A stretch of DNA of 62,774 nt, the filler included, from Choristocarpus tenellus KU-1152 (lineage: Eukaryota > Protista > Phaeophyceae), in assembly GCA_964200185.2 (NCBI GenBank). It is 11 parts of 11 records of this genome, joined end to end, with 100 filler letters (N's around TTAATTAATTAA, not from the genome) between each part and the next. Parts side by side here need not be neighbours in the genome. Positions count along the whole stretch, not along the records: positions 1 to 8,844 come from CAXNAD020004266.1; positions 8,945 to 26,075 come from CAXNAD020000719.1; 9 more parts are not named here. One strand, written 5' to 3'. Below, one piece after another: positions 1-16,700 of this stretch. The notes beneath the pieces were generated by a model. That model had not been told where the DNA came from and did not search any database. It was given only the letters and a program-made list of their open reading frames with translations. The first letter of the stretch is position 1, and each line of letters opens with the position of its first letter. The position numbers and the translations under genes were made by a program.

Positions 1-63
1 CCTGGGCGGTAGCTTTCCCACCTTGCTAGTTGAAGCTGTTTCCACTCTAGGGCTGCCGTCTGG

Positions 64-985
64 TTGTGTTCGCCCTCCATTTGTGGTCTAATAAGTTCAG
101 AAGAAACGCCTGAGACACATCCACGAATGTTCGCAGAAGATAAATTTAAACCGAAACTGTCATCTGTAGTTCTCCACCCAAATTGCCTCGACCAGACCGT
201 AAAAGCCATGTCAAGGTCGCGTTCTCGAGCAGCCCCGGATTACCATTCTGGGCAAGAAAATCCGTACATTGGGTCCCCAATCTCTCTTCTTGACCATGAT
301 ACCTCTCCAAAGATGACAGGCGTACAAAATGGATTCCCCAATGCAAAGGGCGCATCGGTGGCAGTTGATGCCTTCCTATGTCCTGGCCGTGACGCCAACA
401 TGCCAGCATCGAAGGAAAGAAAAATCGATAGTATATTTCATGTGCATAGTCACGATATGGAGCACTTGGATGAGTGGCTCAAAGAGATGCTAGACCTGGA
501 GTACCACCATCAAGGAGAGGGTGGACGCAAGCGGTACGACTGACGAGACACTCAGAGAGACCAGGCTGTACTACATTAGAACCCTTGAAGGGAATTGTTT
601 CAGTATACACAAACACTGAACCTTGATCGAGGCTATTCAGCTCAAAGTAATCTAGCTGTGATCGTGGATGTCAATTTCTCCGTACAGTGACCCTCACCCT
701 ACAGGGCGCTGAAGGGACTAGCTTCCACTTTATCGCAATGTCTCTTTTTACCTGGTGATGACTCGATTAATACTTGGCAGGATAAAATGCAAGACACCTC
801 CTGGTGGAGAAAGGCTTGCCGAACTGTACCGGGAAAAGGGGATTAGATACGGGATAGTCTTTGACGAGTTGGTGCGTCAGGTGGCCGTGCACTCCAAAGA
901 CCTTGCTCGTTTAGTGGCAAAGGTGACAATGGAAACGTGCGGCATGTGGAGTGCTCAGTATGCAAGAAATTATCGGCATGCTTAA
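64..985 (+). pseudogene. Broken intron-less ORF series of unknown identity, possibly a retroelement gag remnant
   Basis: ORFs 64-543 and 755-985 look protein-like and are separated by stops and frameshifts. No diagnostic motif recognised. Confidence 0.2.
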
Positions 986-3659
986 TGCTGTTTTCTCTAA
1001 GAACACTGACCGAGTGTAGGTTTTGTGGTTTAGGACTGATAACAAGCATCTTTGGTTACGGTGACCCAAACAATGTTATGATGGTAGTCTCACACATAGT
1101 CACCTTCTCCTACAAACTCATGTCCGTTGACTAGCAGGCCTATCATGGTCACCACTGCATGCTGGATCGTCTTGTGCGTATCTATGAAGGGCGAGAGAAG
1201 GAGTTGCAGGATCTAGAGGTGAGCGAACATTTATTTGTACAATGATGCTACAACACACACTGTCTTTGTACTTTGAAGGGAAAAAGAACAATTGAGTCCA
1301 GTGAAAGCCATTGCTAACCTGGCAATAAGATGTATCAGCCAAACGGGAAGGCGAGGTGCTATGGACTTCCCGGTTGCAATGACTAGGAAGTACCTTGTAC
1401 AGTAACAGAGTCTCAAGGTATCTCGGAGGGGGTGGCGGCTCTCCATTTGGGGCCAATTTTTTCATATCACGATTTTTGGGTGATTTGGCTGCCATACGTC
1501 GGATGGATAATCCAAATGCACTTTTCCCGATTTTGGTCCAAATGGACATCCTCGTGTAGACCCCCCCCACCCCCACAGATACTTTGGGTCAGAGTTATTC
1601 ACACGTATGATGTCTTAAGTGCATGCATGTTGACAGGTATTTATGAATGGAGTGGTCTCGTCCTCTGAGCGGAGGCTATATGAGGACGAGGCAACGCAGG
1701 AAGATCGAGCATTTAGGCAGACTATGCTCGAGGCAGAGTTGCGGGAAAGCAAGGCGCAGGAGGAGGCTTTGCGTTCCAAGTTGTTTTACTTTGAGGACGA
1801 GGTCATCAGGCTTAGGTACAGCAAATAAATTTCTTGGTACAATATGCAGGTGCTAAGAATCCATACAGTTACCTATAGAAGACGAGAAGAAACATGGGTG
1901 TTAAGCAATGGTAATGTGTGAAGAACTCACTCCACAATATCCTCATGCTCCGACCTTCGAGGCTTGGTTTGATGTACCTCCTTCCAGGGCTGTGTTAATA
2001 TCTCCTCAGTTCTTCCCTCGGTTCTATGCTGGCAGCAATGTTATTAATCCTCTTGCCCAAAGATCAGGATCACTGAAGGGTACCACCTTTGCACTCCCTA
2101 ATAAAGACTGCATGCACCCTTGAGCTCCTAATATTATGATTGCAGATTTCCAGATATTGTTCTCCCAATTGTGATGCGTGCGTAGCTCAACTATCCAACT
2201 AAACACAGAGTAGCACTGGGATAAAACTGTCCCATGTCAGACCAAGATATAATCTATTGCCATTTTGCCAATGACATCATTGTGTCTGCAATAAGATGAC
2301 GTATAGAGCTCTAGACAAGCACAGCATGATGTTCTCTCACACATGTCATTCCGGCATTGAATTACTCTCTCCTCAAAAGAGAAACAGTGCACGCAGCTGT
2401 CACCGGGGGACACAATCATAATATCCACAACTCACTCACATATGGTGGGCGCTCCAGGAGGATCATGGGGCAGGATGTGCAGGTGAGCAATATTGAGGGA
2501 GGGTGCTTGACAAGAATTTGAAAGAAGAGCGACCTTTGCATTGCCTACGAGTGCATTTTTCTCCTTATGGAAAATAGATGCGTACATATTATTGCAACCT
2601 CAGAAAATACACTATACCTTAACCTCAACCGTATATGTGTATGCAATATTTCCCAGTCCTTCTGGATAGTTGAAAAATCCCAGCAAAGGCATTCTAGACA
2701 TAAGTCATTGCAATTGACACTTACTTCACCATGCCGCTTGATAGATAGCAGCAACTTAATCTCACTGATTTTGCCTCAATCTCTTTTATCGGAAATTTTC
2801 ATGATGCTGTTACCCTTGTCCAAGGACAAGATGATGACCCAGGGAGTTACTGTCTTGGCCTTGTCCACGGAAAAAGTGGATATGCATGCCAAGCATGAAA
2901 GAGAGATGGTTCGAATTCTAACGCAAATTGGTGCGGAGGACAAGTCCCAAGCGGAGGTACGCATTGCTCTACCAAACCATGTCTTTGTAGATCAATACTC
3001 TGTCATACTTCGAAGCAATGAATATGCATTGGTACTACCAATATTTAGCATGCTCTCTGTCTTGTGTGAGGTTTGGCGAACAAATCAATCATTTCGCAGA
3101 GAAGGCACTACAGTGGTATGCAAAAAAAAGTCTAGTGAGATACTGTGGAGGTGAGGGTGGGGGTAGGTGCTTGAATACCTCTTATACGGTCCTGATCTCG
3201 CCAATGACTGACACCTAGGCGCTACAAGCTCATTAAAGCCACTTGATGGCTCAGGATCATGGGTAGGAGTTATGCCAAGACTAATGATAGTAGGAATATA
3301 AGCAGGATTTAGAGGATGGGAGAGGAAGTGGTACCAAAAACAACGAACTATGGATCAGTAAAAAAATCTCCATAGCCTGAAAATAGAGGTCACACTAAGC
3401 CAAAACGGTGTGTGTGCCCTGCACCCTGCTCGAGCCCTTTATTTTTTGTATCAGTCTTAAGGAAGTATTGTTCTGGCCTCAACTCGGTGTTTACCAGTTC
3501 TGTAGTCTCACACTCCAGGGGAGAGCAAGGTGTGGTATCCCAGTCCTTTATCTGCAGCAGTGATGACGGCATTGTGCACTCTTCCTTGATGTAGACTAGC
3601 TAACAGGCATAAACTTGTTGCATGTAAGCAGTTGATTTCCAAATCCTATCCTTGTGACA

Positions 3660-3916
3660 ACCTAAAACGTTCAAGAGGGTAGAGCCACGTCCGCTTGGGG
3701 TCATAAACCCAATGTTATGATATTGATGAATTTTGGCTATCGTTTTTTTTAGCAAGTGTCAATGTCCTTGTCCTGGACATACCTTTTATAGCCGTATACA
3801 TTTTAGGTAACTGTGTTCACACAGAAAACCGAAAAGGGCAAAAAACCCCGTGGGAAGCCAAGCTCCAAACGGACAAAAACAGGGCAAAACTCCTGCCCTC
3901 TTAAATGCTTTGGGTC
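3660..3916 (+). mobile_element. MITE family copy A (diverged)
   Basis: Collinear similarity to 6836-7102 and 55113-55370 (gagggtagagccacgtcc ... gtgtcaat.tccttgt.ctggaca.accttt ... caaacggacaaa ... ccctct). Confidence 0.8.
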
Positions 3917-4089
3917 TGACCCTAACAAAATTAAATGATAAACTTGTCAAAGAGTCAAATAATTATGTGGAAGTCCCACTAGAGCCTGAATAGAGAATTC
4001 AAGGAAGCTAGTTGAGGATGGGGAACTAGTGTACGCTCCGTAAAAAGGACTTGGAGAGTATCCTTTGTGAAGTGAAGGCTAGTCGAATG

Positions 4090-4440
4090 GTTAATATCCT
4101 AGGCATGAAGGTGATTATTGGTTTTGCCTGGAGAATATATATATATATATTACTTGATGGCGATCAGCATATTTCTGCATCTCCTCATCAATATCGAACT
4201 CCAACTAGCAAAAGTTTGCCTATCTTCCAAACAGAGAGTTCAGGAGCTCAGTGACCTTGTGAACCGGACAACATTCCTCAGCTTTTTGAAAGGAATCACC
4301 AGGTGTGGATCACACATTTTCCATTTCTTCCAAATTCGAAATTCGCATCTTCCACATGCAAGGTCTACAACCTTCTATTGCTCCCATCAAGTTGTGTCAT
4401 TTCAATGGTACTATAATAAAAATATCATCGTTATAAATAT
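4090..4440 (-). pseudogene. Probable piggyBac transposase remnant
   Basis: Minus strand reads CPVHKVTELLNSL...EFDIDEEMQKYADRHQ...QAKPI. This resembles the piggyBac DPLxKVRPL...IDExMxxFxGRH...KP block, with stops and frameshifts. Confidence 0.45.
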
Positions 4441-6835
4441 ATGGATGCGTTGAAGGGGGTAACACGGGTTTCAGGATCAATGCACCTGCAGGACACTGCG
4501 CCCTGCAAGTCGAAATATATATGAGGTGAACATACTAGCCTCAGCATGTTCCCCATACCAAACTTCGTAACTGTCCTTCTCTTCATGTAATTGACTAACT
4601 GCCACTGCCATTGTTACCTCCTCAACATTCTGGTACTTTTGGACATGTCACTGTGCATTGTGGTATGACTTTCACCATACCTTCTATCCCGACAATGATA
4701 AAAGAGAAAGTAAAAAATGCAGTGGTATAGCACCCTTCCATTGGTTTCAATTTTAGAATTAGTGCTTTGTACTAAAGATGAGGCTAGGCATATCTGTGGG
4801 TTGGAGTCTGGGATATGACAAAGTCTAGACTTAGCACAGTGTAGTTGCTGATGTATGTTTAAAGTCGTCAGGGGGAGAGAGTGCACAAAAGAACATCGCG
4901 GTCACCCTAGGGACATTGCGATTGCTATGTTTCTCTCATTCTCGTCGGTCACAAGCTTAGTTGTCAATTGTGCATTGCATGCTCCTAACATGTTGACACA
5001 CTGTTCTTCCTTCCCAAGGTGGACAGGGAAACCTCTCTAAGTAAGGACATGTGAAACATTACATTCATCTATGAATGACACTCTCAATGTTGTCAATGTA
5101 CTCATTATTGGGCATACATTGCTGATGGATCAGTCCCATCCATGGATTTTTTTTTGCCAAAGTTCATAGATCTCAATCTAGCCTACAAGGATTACTCCAA
5201 ACCTTGGCCCTAACCCTAACCTATCAACAGTCCAAGAAGTATTGAAACTTCAAGCCTCCTCTTATTCTGCAGCCTGAACTTGACCCATTGGTAAGTACTT
5301 TGTGGAATCTTACGATCACCACCAAGAGGCTTTGCAATAATTTGTTGGACTCCACTGTGGTTGAACCCAGCGAACCATCCCCATATTAAAAAAAAACAAT
5401 ACACTACTTCGGAAACCTGTTCTACCCAACTCACTGCAGGGTGGGTAAGCGCACCCACAAGCGATCTGTGGAAACACAAACTCGGGTAACCGCACCTGCA
5501 GCTGGCCCCCAGCATGGTGAGGGGGGGTGCACTGAAAAGGGCAAGAAACGCCCTCCAAAGAAGACCAAGGTGAGAAAGTTTCATGGCAATCTTGGACTGC
5601 TGTGGAATAGTATCTATAATATCTTGATGCACACGTCTGGAATAAATTGATGTGTTGCTACAAAGTAAGTGATAAGAGGGAAAAGTTGATACCTCATGTT
5701 TTCCTGTTTGTGAGATAATTCGAAAACTCCTAATCCAATCAAAATACTGTACACTGTGACGAAGAGAGGAGGTTAAGAATGTTGTGTCAATGCATGCACT
5801 TTTCATTCTTGAGCATTTGTGTGTCTCAGAAAAAGCGGTAGAGAGAGGGGTTCAAGTGCAGTTAGTCTCTTCCGTGCTCTTTCTTTGACCAAATCTAGTC
5901 CTAGATTTCTTCCCATACATTTCCTGGATGGTTCCTGCGTTGCTTTAGGAGAGTGCATGTCTACTTCTCAATCACTTCTTTCATTGCGTACTTTGATGCT
6001 GCAAAGTATGAAAATGTTCACCACGAGTAACATGTACTCCTGGCTCTTGCACGTCAAGCAAGAGCTTGAAAGTGCCACGAACACTGCATGAAGGAATGCG
6101 AATTCTCATCTCCAGATAGTTTTTGGGAAGTGCAACCTTCATCCAATGACAAAAATCCTAAATGTTGAAGCATTGGTCTCCTGTCTACTGCAGCAATGGG
6201 TTTCGCCAAATATGCCAGCAATCATAGGGCAGGAACTACTCTACAATTTAACCTTTATGAGATTGCTCTGCAACATACTTTGTTGACATGGCTTGTCATT
6301 GCTACAGCGATCTGAATAGTAGACAGCAACAAACAGTGCTAAATATTTGTGCTGATTTATACAGAGGGTGGCACACACTCGTTCAAGGTCAAAAGAGTCC
6401 TGAAGTATGTTGGAGGGCATGATACTTATTAGCATATGCATTAACCCCTCAGGCGCCCTTTTCTTTCCTTGTCGATGACTTGCAGGGCAAGACAGAGCTC
6501 CTTCCCCTTGAGCTCCGGACACGTATGTGTGTGCCATCAGTACCAAAGAAAATTCCCACTCTGGGCTATATGCTAAGGATGGTGAGCCCCCTACCCCCTA
6601 GGTAATATTGATGGGAATTGTTGTCAAGATGCTATGTAAGGGTGGCACTTGTTGCTTGTCAGTTGTTGTCGATCCACTCACTGATACTGATTGCACAGTG
6701 GTGATTCGAAACTGCCTACTTGAGCTGCAGGTGGTCCATAGTAGTGTGGATTGACTTTTGATCAGTAACCGCACATCAACTGGAGAAGAGAATTGTGAGT
6801 TATTTCGGAGTGGCATTGCAATGACAGCTGTGCAT

Positions 6836-7102
6836 GAGTCAGAGTATCTTAGAGGGTACAGTCACGTCCAAATGGAGGCCAAAATCTAATGTTGCGATTT
6901 TGATGTAATTTTCGCTATCATGTTTGTTAGTAAGTGTCAATATCCTTGTTCTGGACACACCTTTTCATAACCTATACATTTTACCTACTCCAAAACATTT
7001 GGAGTAGGAAAATGTCAAGCCAAAAAAAACCCTGGGAAGTCAAGCCCCAAACGGACAAAGAGGGAAAACCTCGTACCCTCTCTTAATAAGATGCTTTCAC
7101 TC
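6836..7102 (+). mobile_element. MITE family copy B (full length)
   Basis: TIRs gagtcagagtatcttagagggtac / gtaccctct..taagatgctttcactc. Internal palindrome at about 6977-7016. Confidence 0.88.
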
Positions 7103-8802
7103 TTCACTCAGTACATAAATTCAGAGGTGAAGTTTGACATTTTTGGGGCATCTACATTGGACAATATACACATCACCCAAGTGAATAGAGTACAGTGATG
7201 TGTCTTGTGTGGTGGTGTAAACCTAGAGACATTTGTTTCAGTGCAGCATGCAAAACTCATGCCTGCCGGGATGTATGCATCCCTCAGATCTCATGTATTG
7301 AAGATGTCAGGCACAATGCCCAGAACCACTGAATGGGGCTTACACAACAATATTTTCCCATCCTAACAAGGTCAGACCTTTGATGTGCTGGTGGAGGCTA
7401 GTCGCTCACTTGAGGTAGTGACACCTTTATGTGACCGGCCTGGAGCAATGACAGAGTTAACAATTAAACATTTTCAGGTACTGTGAGCTCTTCTCCTTTC
7501 CTTTGATAGGAATTGTTACTTGGGATTGTTGATGTTTAGAATCATGGCTAGGTAAATTTCCAGTTGAACGATGGAAGGTATCCACTTAGTAATTACGCAA
7601 GTAGAGGGCATTTTATGCATAATCTCTATCTGCAGGCTAAGTCACACAAAGAACAATGGTTACACATCCCCCTTTCCTCCAGTACAAAGTATCACCACCC
7701 CTAACCCATATTATTGCCATTCTGAAGCACCAGTGAACAGGAAGGGAAATGCATATTCTGGCGCACCTGGTTGTTTGTACATGCACTCTCCTAATTTGTT
7801 TTGGTCAATCTTCGCCGACCATATTTCAAAACCTATCCCCCCGCTCACAACCTACCGCCCTCTACTTCAGCATCTGAAACCGCCTATCTGAGAGAACCCT
7901 AGTTTTACCTTCAACTTGACTCTAAGACTATTTCATAGTTCAAATTTATATCACTAGGCAGTTCAAAACTCTCTCTCACATGTCTCTCTCATCTATTCCT
8001 TGGAAAAACAGCTCAATCATGGCATGGAGAATACAACTAGTGTTATGCTGGCACAGTTTGCAATGGGTCTATGCCACTTCAAACATTATCTGCGGTGTAA
8101 GCTATTGGGAGATATGCTAGGGGTGTGCAACCCGTCCCTGCCTTCACCATTTGACAGTCGGGCCACCCTGTTCATATTGAAGCTCATCCATGAGTTGCGA
8201 CAGGTGGGTCATTGCTAGGGTTATTTTTGGTCCTGGAAAGAGCAAGGTTTATTGAGCCCCACATAAATGTCTAACACTGGTATGTAGACACTGGAAAACA
8301 TAGGTGGTCTACGGCTGCAAGGGCTCTCTCCGTAGTATGCTTGCAGTGAATGTTCTTCAAGAGTGACTCCTCGGGAAATGCACCTAAGGTGGTCAAGATC
8401 AAGAAGCAAGAAGTGTCAGCATACGCTCAACAACACACATATCTCTATAAAATATATATTTTTATATAAAAGGACCTCAATGATTTAGGTTCATGAGCAT
8501 GACCTTTCAATCTACTCAGTATTATTTCCCCATAGGACCTGGCAATATTGACGGCATTAATGATGATCTGTCCCCTATTGGGTGCTATTGTGTTATGCGT
8601 GGGTTTTCCTCTTGACTGTTTTCCTCTTGACTGTCCGTCTGAACTAAATCGATTTTTTCTCTTTCCTCTTCATACTATTTTTTTATTGATCTTTAGGCAT
8701 TATATTTCTTTTTCTCGAGGGTTATGTAACTACTTCTCTAATATCTTCTGGCGATAGAATTGGGATCCCTCAGATTAAAATGAGATGGATATAATAAAAT
8801 AA

Positions 8803-8844
8803 GAGTCAAAGTATCTTAGAGGGTAGGGCCGCGTCCATTTGGGG
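8803..8844 (+). mobile_element. MITE family left end, cut by contig end
   Basis: gagtcaaagtatcttagagggtagggccgcgtccatttg matches the start of the 55113 copy. Confidence 0.85.
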
Positions 8845-9432
8845 NNNNNNNNNNNNNNNNNNNNNNNNNNNNNNNNNNNNNNNNNNNNTTAATTAATTAA
8901 NNNNNNNNNNNNNNNNNNNNNNNNNNNNNNNNNNNNNNNNNNNNGGTACCACGGTATAACGGTATGTGGCATACGAGCAATACGGTATAATAACAGACAA
9001 ACATGCTTTCCACACTATTGAAGATATCTAAAGACCCTCGGAAGTCTTGTTGAGAGAACGGTAAGAATGTGATATCGCTTGAACACCTCGTATATTCCAG
9101 ATCTCCGTCAACCAAAAGTGCTTGTTCTCAGGTATGAAAGCCTTGAAAAATGTTGCTGTCTTCACCACCTTCATGGTTCGACTTTTTTTGATGGGTGTGC
9201 TCCTTTTATGATATTACAGAATCATGTCTCTTTTTTGTCAAACTTTTGTTTTTTATCACCTCTTAGAACTGATTGGAGACGGCGTCACAACAATAGAGGT
9301 TGGGAGTTAGGGGGAGTGGTATATAGCACTTTGAAAGGTATACCTCTTTCGTGACAGTCTACTCCTTACAAATCTTCAATATCACACCCTAACACATATT
9401 GGCAACATTGCCCATTCCATCCAATTCCTGCC

Positions 9433-12223
<2,791 letters not shown>

Positions 12224-12862
12224 CATCAAGGCCCTGAAAAGGTTATAATGGAGAGAGACTCTGGAAGCACCACCAACTAGGGCATTGTGCAGTTCTTTCT
12301 ACAACAGCAACCGTGTATTTTATTGTTCAAGAACAAGTCAACAACTGGTCACATTACAAGAGAAAGTGTGGAGGAGGGAGCATCTATCCAAGCAACCTTG
12401 CAGACCCATCATACCCTTTGATACAAAAATGCAGCTTCATGGTATTACAATTTGCTTTTGTGCGGCCTTATCTGTTAATTCAGGAGGACTAAAGATATTA
12501 TTCACCATTGTCATATTTAGTTGAATACCTTCCACATTTGTTTATGGACAAAATGGCACAGACCGGGGATAATATTTGTGACACACGAAGCTTACTGGTT
12601 TTCTTTGCAATTTTTGATGGAAATTTCTATCCTGTCGAGCATCACATGTACGCTGGACTTTGAATAGAAATGGGTTGTTCGTTGAACAGGCGTATTTGAT
12701 AGACGGAATTTCTATTTAATAAAGGCAAACAGCCCCCATAATGGAAAGTAACAAGGAGAGCAGAGCGAAGTGCTCCTTACGGCACGTGAACAGACATGGT
12801 CTTCTTAGCAAACATCACCATGAACCATATTTTGTGTCAAATCCACTACTTGGTAGATATAT

Positions 12863-13542
12863 TTAACGTGCCACACGCATCGCTGCTCCTCGCGCCGCTT
12901 TTCTCTCCTTTTTCCTAGCTGCCTTTTGTTGTTTTTCATTTTGGATCCGATCCTCTTCTGTTACTCGATCTTGTCCAGCTTGGGCCACAAGTTTCTGGAA
13001 TAGCCAGTAAGTGAACAAAGCAACGTAGTACCCTGGCACCTTTGGGTACAACAGGGAAATAATGTTAAACTAGTGGAGGTTGAAGAGTATTATAACAAGT
13101 TATGTGGCATACCAGAAGATCTCCAGCCTGCACTCACCACGAGATAGATGTACCATCCATATCGGGTGAACATGCTCACCAGCTGTGCCACGATAATGAC
13201 TACCAACACGTCGAAATAAGCCCCCCCCCCGTCTACCCCTATTGCCGCAGCTTCCACCAGGCCTTTGTAGGAAATGTAATATGCGGCAGATGTTCCAACA
13301 AAACCCATGGCGTGCCATAAGTCGAACGTTCGAAAATGATATATTACTGCCGGGCACGAGGGAGGAGAAACAACTGGTTAGCGAGAGGTGGTCATGGTTG
13401 ACTCCTCCTTTTCATTGTTTATGGACACACTCTTACCTCGGTAGAGCACATAGACAACATTGACTGCCACAATAATGGGAAAATATCTTTTTGCAGTTGC
13501 AGCACTGGCCTTGGCAGCCTTCTTCGCGGCATGACCAGCCAT
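12863..13542 (-). CDS. TMEM208: TMEM208/SND2 (DUF788) SRP-independent ER-targeting protein, 3 exons (13542-13437, 13346-13138, 13039-12863), 163 aa
   Basis: N-terminus MAGHAAKKAAKA, TM segments, YFDVLVVIIVAQLVSMFTRYGWYIYLVVPGY, basic C-tail. GT-AG phases are consistent. Confidence 0.88.
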
Positions 13543-13763
13543 CCCACCTTTACAAGTTGAGATACCTGTTCATATTTTGAACAAGAGTTTGGTTGAAAAT
13601 ATGCCAGAAACGCTTCTCCAAGGTGGGGCAATTTTGATTCAACAATTTCCCACAAAACATAAGAGTAGTAGTAAAACTTGGCTGATAAGTGGTACAAAGG
13701 TTGGAAGGGTTGATGCAATTTGCTTTACCTCTAACGCAATCAACAACGACGCGTTAGGGCGCC

Positions 13764-16700
13764 ATGCATAACGACGTTGACATCGACGTCTCCAGCCGTT
13801 TTGGTGCTTTCTCTGCCCTGGTGAGAGATATGGTTTAGCGTAGCCATACTTACAGGAGAATATTCGTATGCGGTAGTAGATAGTCACTTGTTAGTACATT
13901 TGTATACCTTTACTTGTGTTATGCATGGGGTATGATTAAATCAAAACTCCTTGTACGTGCTTCTTGTCTATCTCGACCAGGACATCAATGCCGCAGGAAG
14001 CACTGCCGCGCTGGCCTCCAAGAAAGGCCTGTGTCTACATGACTTGGAAAACCACAAACAGGTCTGCCAATTGCACACCCTTTATTATGGCTGCATTGAT
14101 CTTTGATGTCGTAGTCACTGAGAGCCCTCGAATCTTCAGTGAAACGTTGCGACTCCATTATGCACCTTGGAGAATCCTCACCATCTTACTACCATCTTGT
14201 CGTTTGTCGTCTGTCAGTGATTTGTGAATTTGGACTACTCATTTGAAAGACCGTGCGTCGTATGTGCCGATGGATCCTCCCTAAATTTGCTATGCGCTTA
14301 CAGTTGTAATGACGACGCTTTCACTTCACGATATGACCGTAGACCCCCTGACCTGTCAGCCCGAGGAATATGGACATACAAGCTTTCGGGACGTGGTTGT
14401 GGTGAAATGGAGTCAGCACCGAGCGAACAGGGAGCACCTGGCGATGGCCTCTGACAACAGTCTTATCATTTGGAACAGAGAGGATGGGAAGCGTCCTAAG
14501 GCGAGCGATCCTCAATGTGTCCGCATTCGTTGGAAGCAGTTGGAAGCGGTGTTGAAGTACGGAGTGCGTACTCTTTTTGCCTTGAGCCATCTACAGTGAA
14601 ATGAACGTGAGAATTAGAAATCTTTGTTACGATTTTGTGGGTGCCATGAGAGCTGTAGATTGATATGCATCACATTTTGTTTTACCCTGTATAGTTTGTC
14701 CCCACATATCTACAATCTGCTTTGCTGCAGGAAACGACTCTACGCAAGCATTCGCGTGCTATCACCTACCTTTCATGGTCGCCGTTGGAGGCATCAATGA
14801 TTGCCACTTCAAGTGATGACTGCAACATTAACCTTTGGGATACAAGATCACAGGTGGGCCCAGGCAAAGCAAGGATCACTTCACGATGGACGTGAATTCC
14901 ACTCTGGCTGCTCAACAGCCTGCCATTGGTCTGTTCATATATTTGTATCGTCCCCTCCAACTTATTGTTGTGTAGTCCTTCATGCACAGCATACCATATG
15001 GGGCTCCCATGATTAGAGATGTTGAGGGTTGCAGGGCCCTGGCGATATGATACACCGAACCAATACATTACGTCAGCCTTTGCCGTAAAGATGTCAAAGA
15101 TTACTTTCAAGAGCAAGGGCATGAAAAGTTAAGGTCTATGGCAAGGGCACAGTCAACCTCATGGCAGCAGTTTGTGAATAGGTTTTGCGTGCTGAGAGGT
15201 CTGTCACTTGTCACGTATCATGCCAAATGACAAGAATACTTGTGTAGTTGGATGGAATGAATTGATGGGTATGGCTTCATGATGCTGTGGGTATCATACT
15301 ATGCTTCTAGTCAATTGCTGCCCCAAAGCTTAGCTTCTAGATCTAGGTATATATTTTTTCTTCTCAAGCTGTGCCGTAATCTTTGACTGAGAATCAAGCT
15401 ATTAACCAAATTATACCCCCTCAAAAATGAGGCCTGTTGCCTTGGTCTTGTTCCTACTTAAGACCAACGAAGTACAGTAATGTGTCTTGAATATTCTACA
15501 TATAAACTTGCAGATGGTGTTGGTCCCACATCCACCTACCATGATAACTTGCATTTGTCTTGGGGCATTATTGTCCAATACTGGTATATCAGGGAGTTCC
15601 TTGCCGTGCAATGCAAAAGAACCTGCAATTGAAGGTGACTATCTAAGGTATACATCTTTTTATTTTTTATTTTATGTGGAGGGTAGTTCAAATACTAGAC
15701 TGCACAGGAGCTCTCTGTTGGATGGATTCGAGATATTTATATGGATCACGCGCTCAACTTTGTTAGTACTGATTTGTCAAATGAGAGCATGCAGAGTAAA
15801 TTGGCACGAGGCTAGAATGAAGTGTTTTGTTGAGTGTTTGAAAGTCTCGACTATATCTTTTTGTTGGAAGCCAGGACACTGGTGTTGTTGTTTACAGCAA
15901 TTACATCACTATGGTTTATTTTCGAAGAATAGTCGACATCCAAATCTATGGGTTCGATTTGGTCCAGCTATTTTCTTGCTTTTTGCATACTCTGCATAAA
16001 ATCCTTGCAGTGCCTTACACTGCTTGGTGCTTGACCTGCCTTGCTTATTTTTGTATTGTGCGAGGGGTCAACTTGAATATTTTACACTACATCACAGGAA
16101 AATATTCTACAGTATAGTACTTTGATGTATATTTTAATTTTTAGCCTATTTAATTTATGCTCACCAAACCTCTTGATTGACACCACAAAATGCAAAAACT
16201 ATACAGCCAAATTGATGGTACAGCTGCCTGCATCGGGGAGTACAGATTTTTATTATATATTTTTATATATACTACATGCATATTAAGAATTTGAGTTGGT
16301 GACAGAGTGCTCTATGTAGAGTTAAAAGGGGGAGTTATTGAACCCAGTGAGTTTGTCACAAAGTTAACAAGAGGAACGATGTCCTTTGCATGTGACAGTC
16401 CTATAACCACAGTCTGGACCATACACATTGTTTACATGTATAGCCATCTACTCTTGTGTAGAATTGTGATGTTCTTACATGGGATAGTTGGGTGTGGTGG
16501 CTGATGCATACGTGTAAATACGTCATTGATCATATTGGCTCATACAGTGACTCTCATACTCTCATTCGCCTGTCCTGCCCCTCTATTGTTATTGTTCTGT
16601 CTGCCTTAATAACAACACTAATAATGGAAATAATACAAATAAAACTATAGCAACCAGTGCAGATGTTCAAGGCACCTTATGGAGCCACACAGGTTGAATG

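Noticed and set aside
1643-3154. ORFs 1643-1828 and 2567-3154
   Set aside because: No recognisable family or splice structure, and they lie in a TE-debris contig.
4900-6550. Possible hAT transposase remnant on the minus strand
   Set aside because: Only faint motif echoes, too decayed to support a call.
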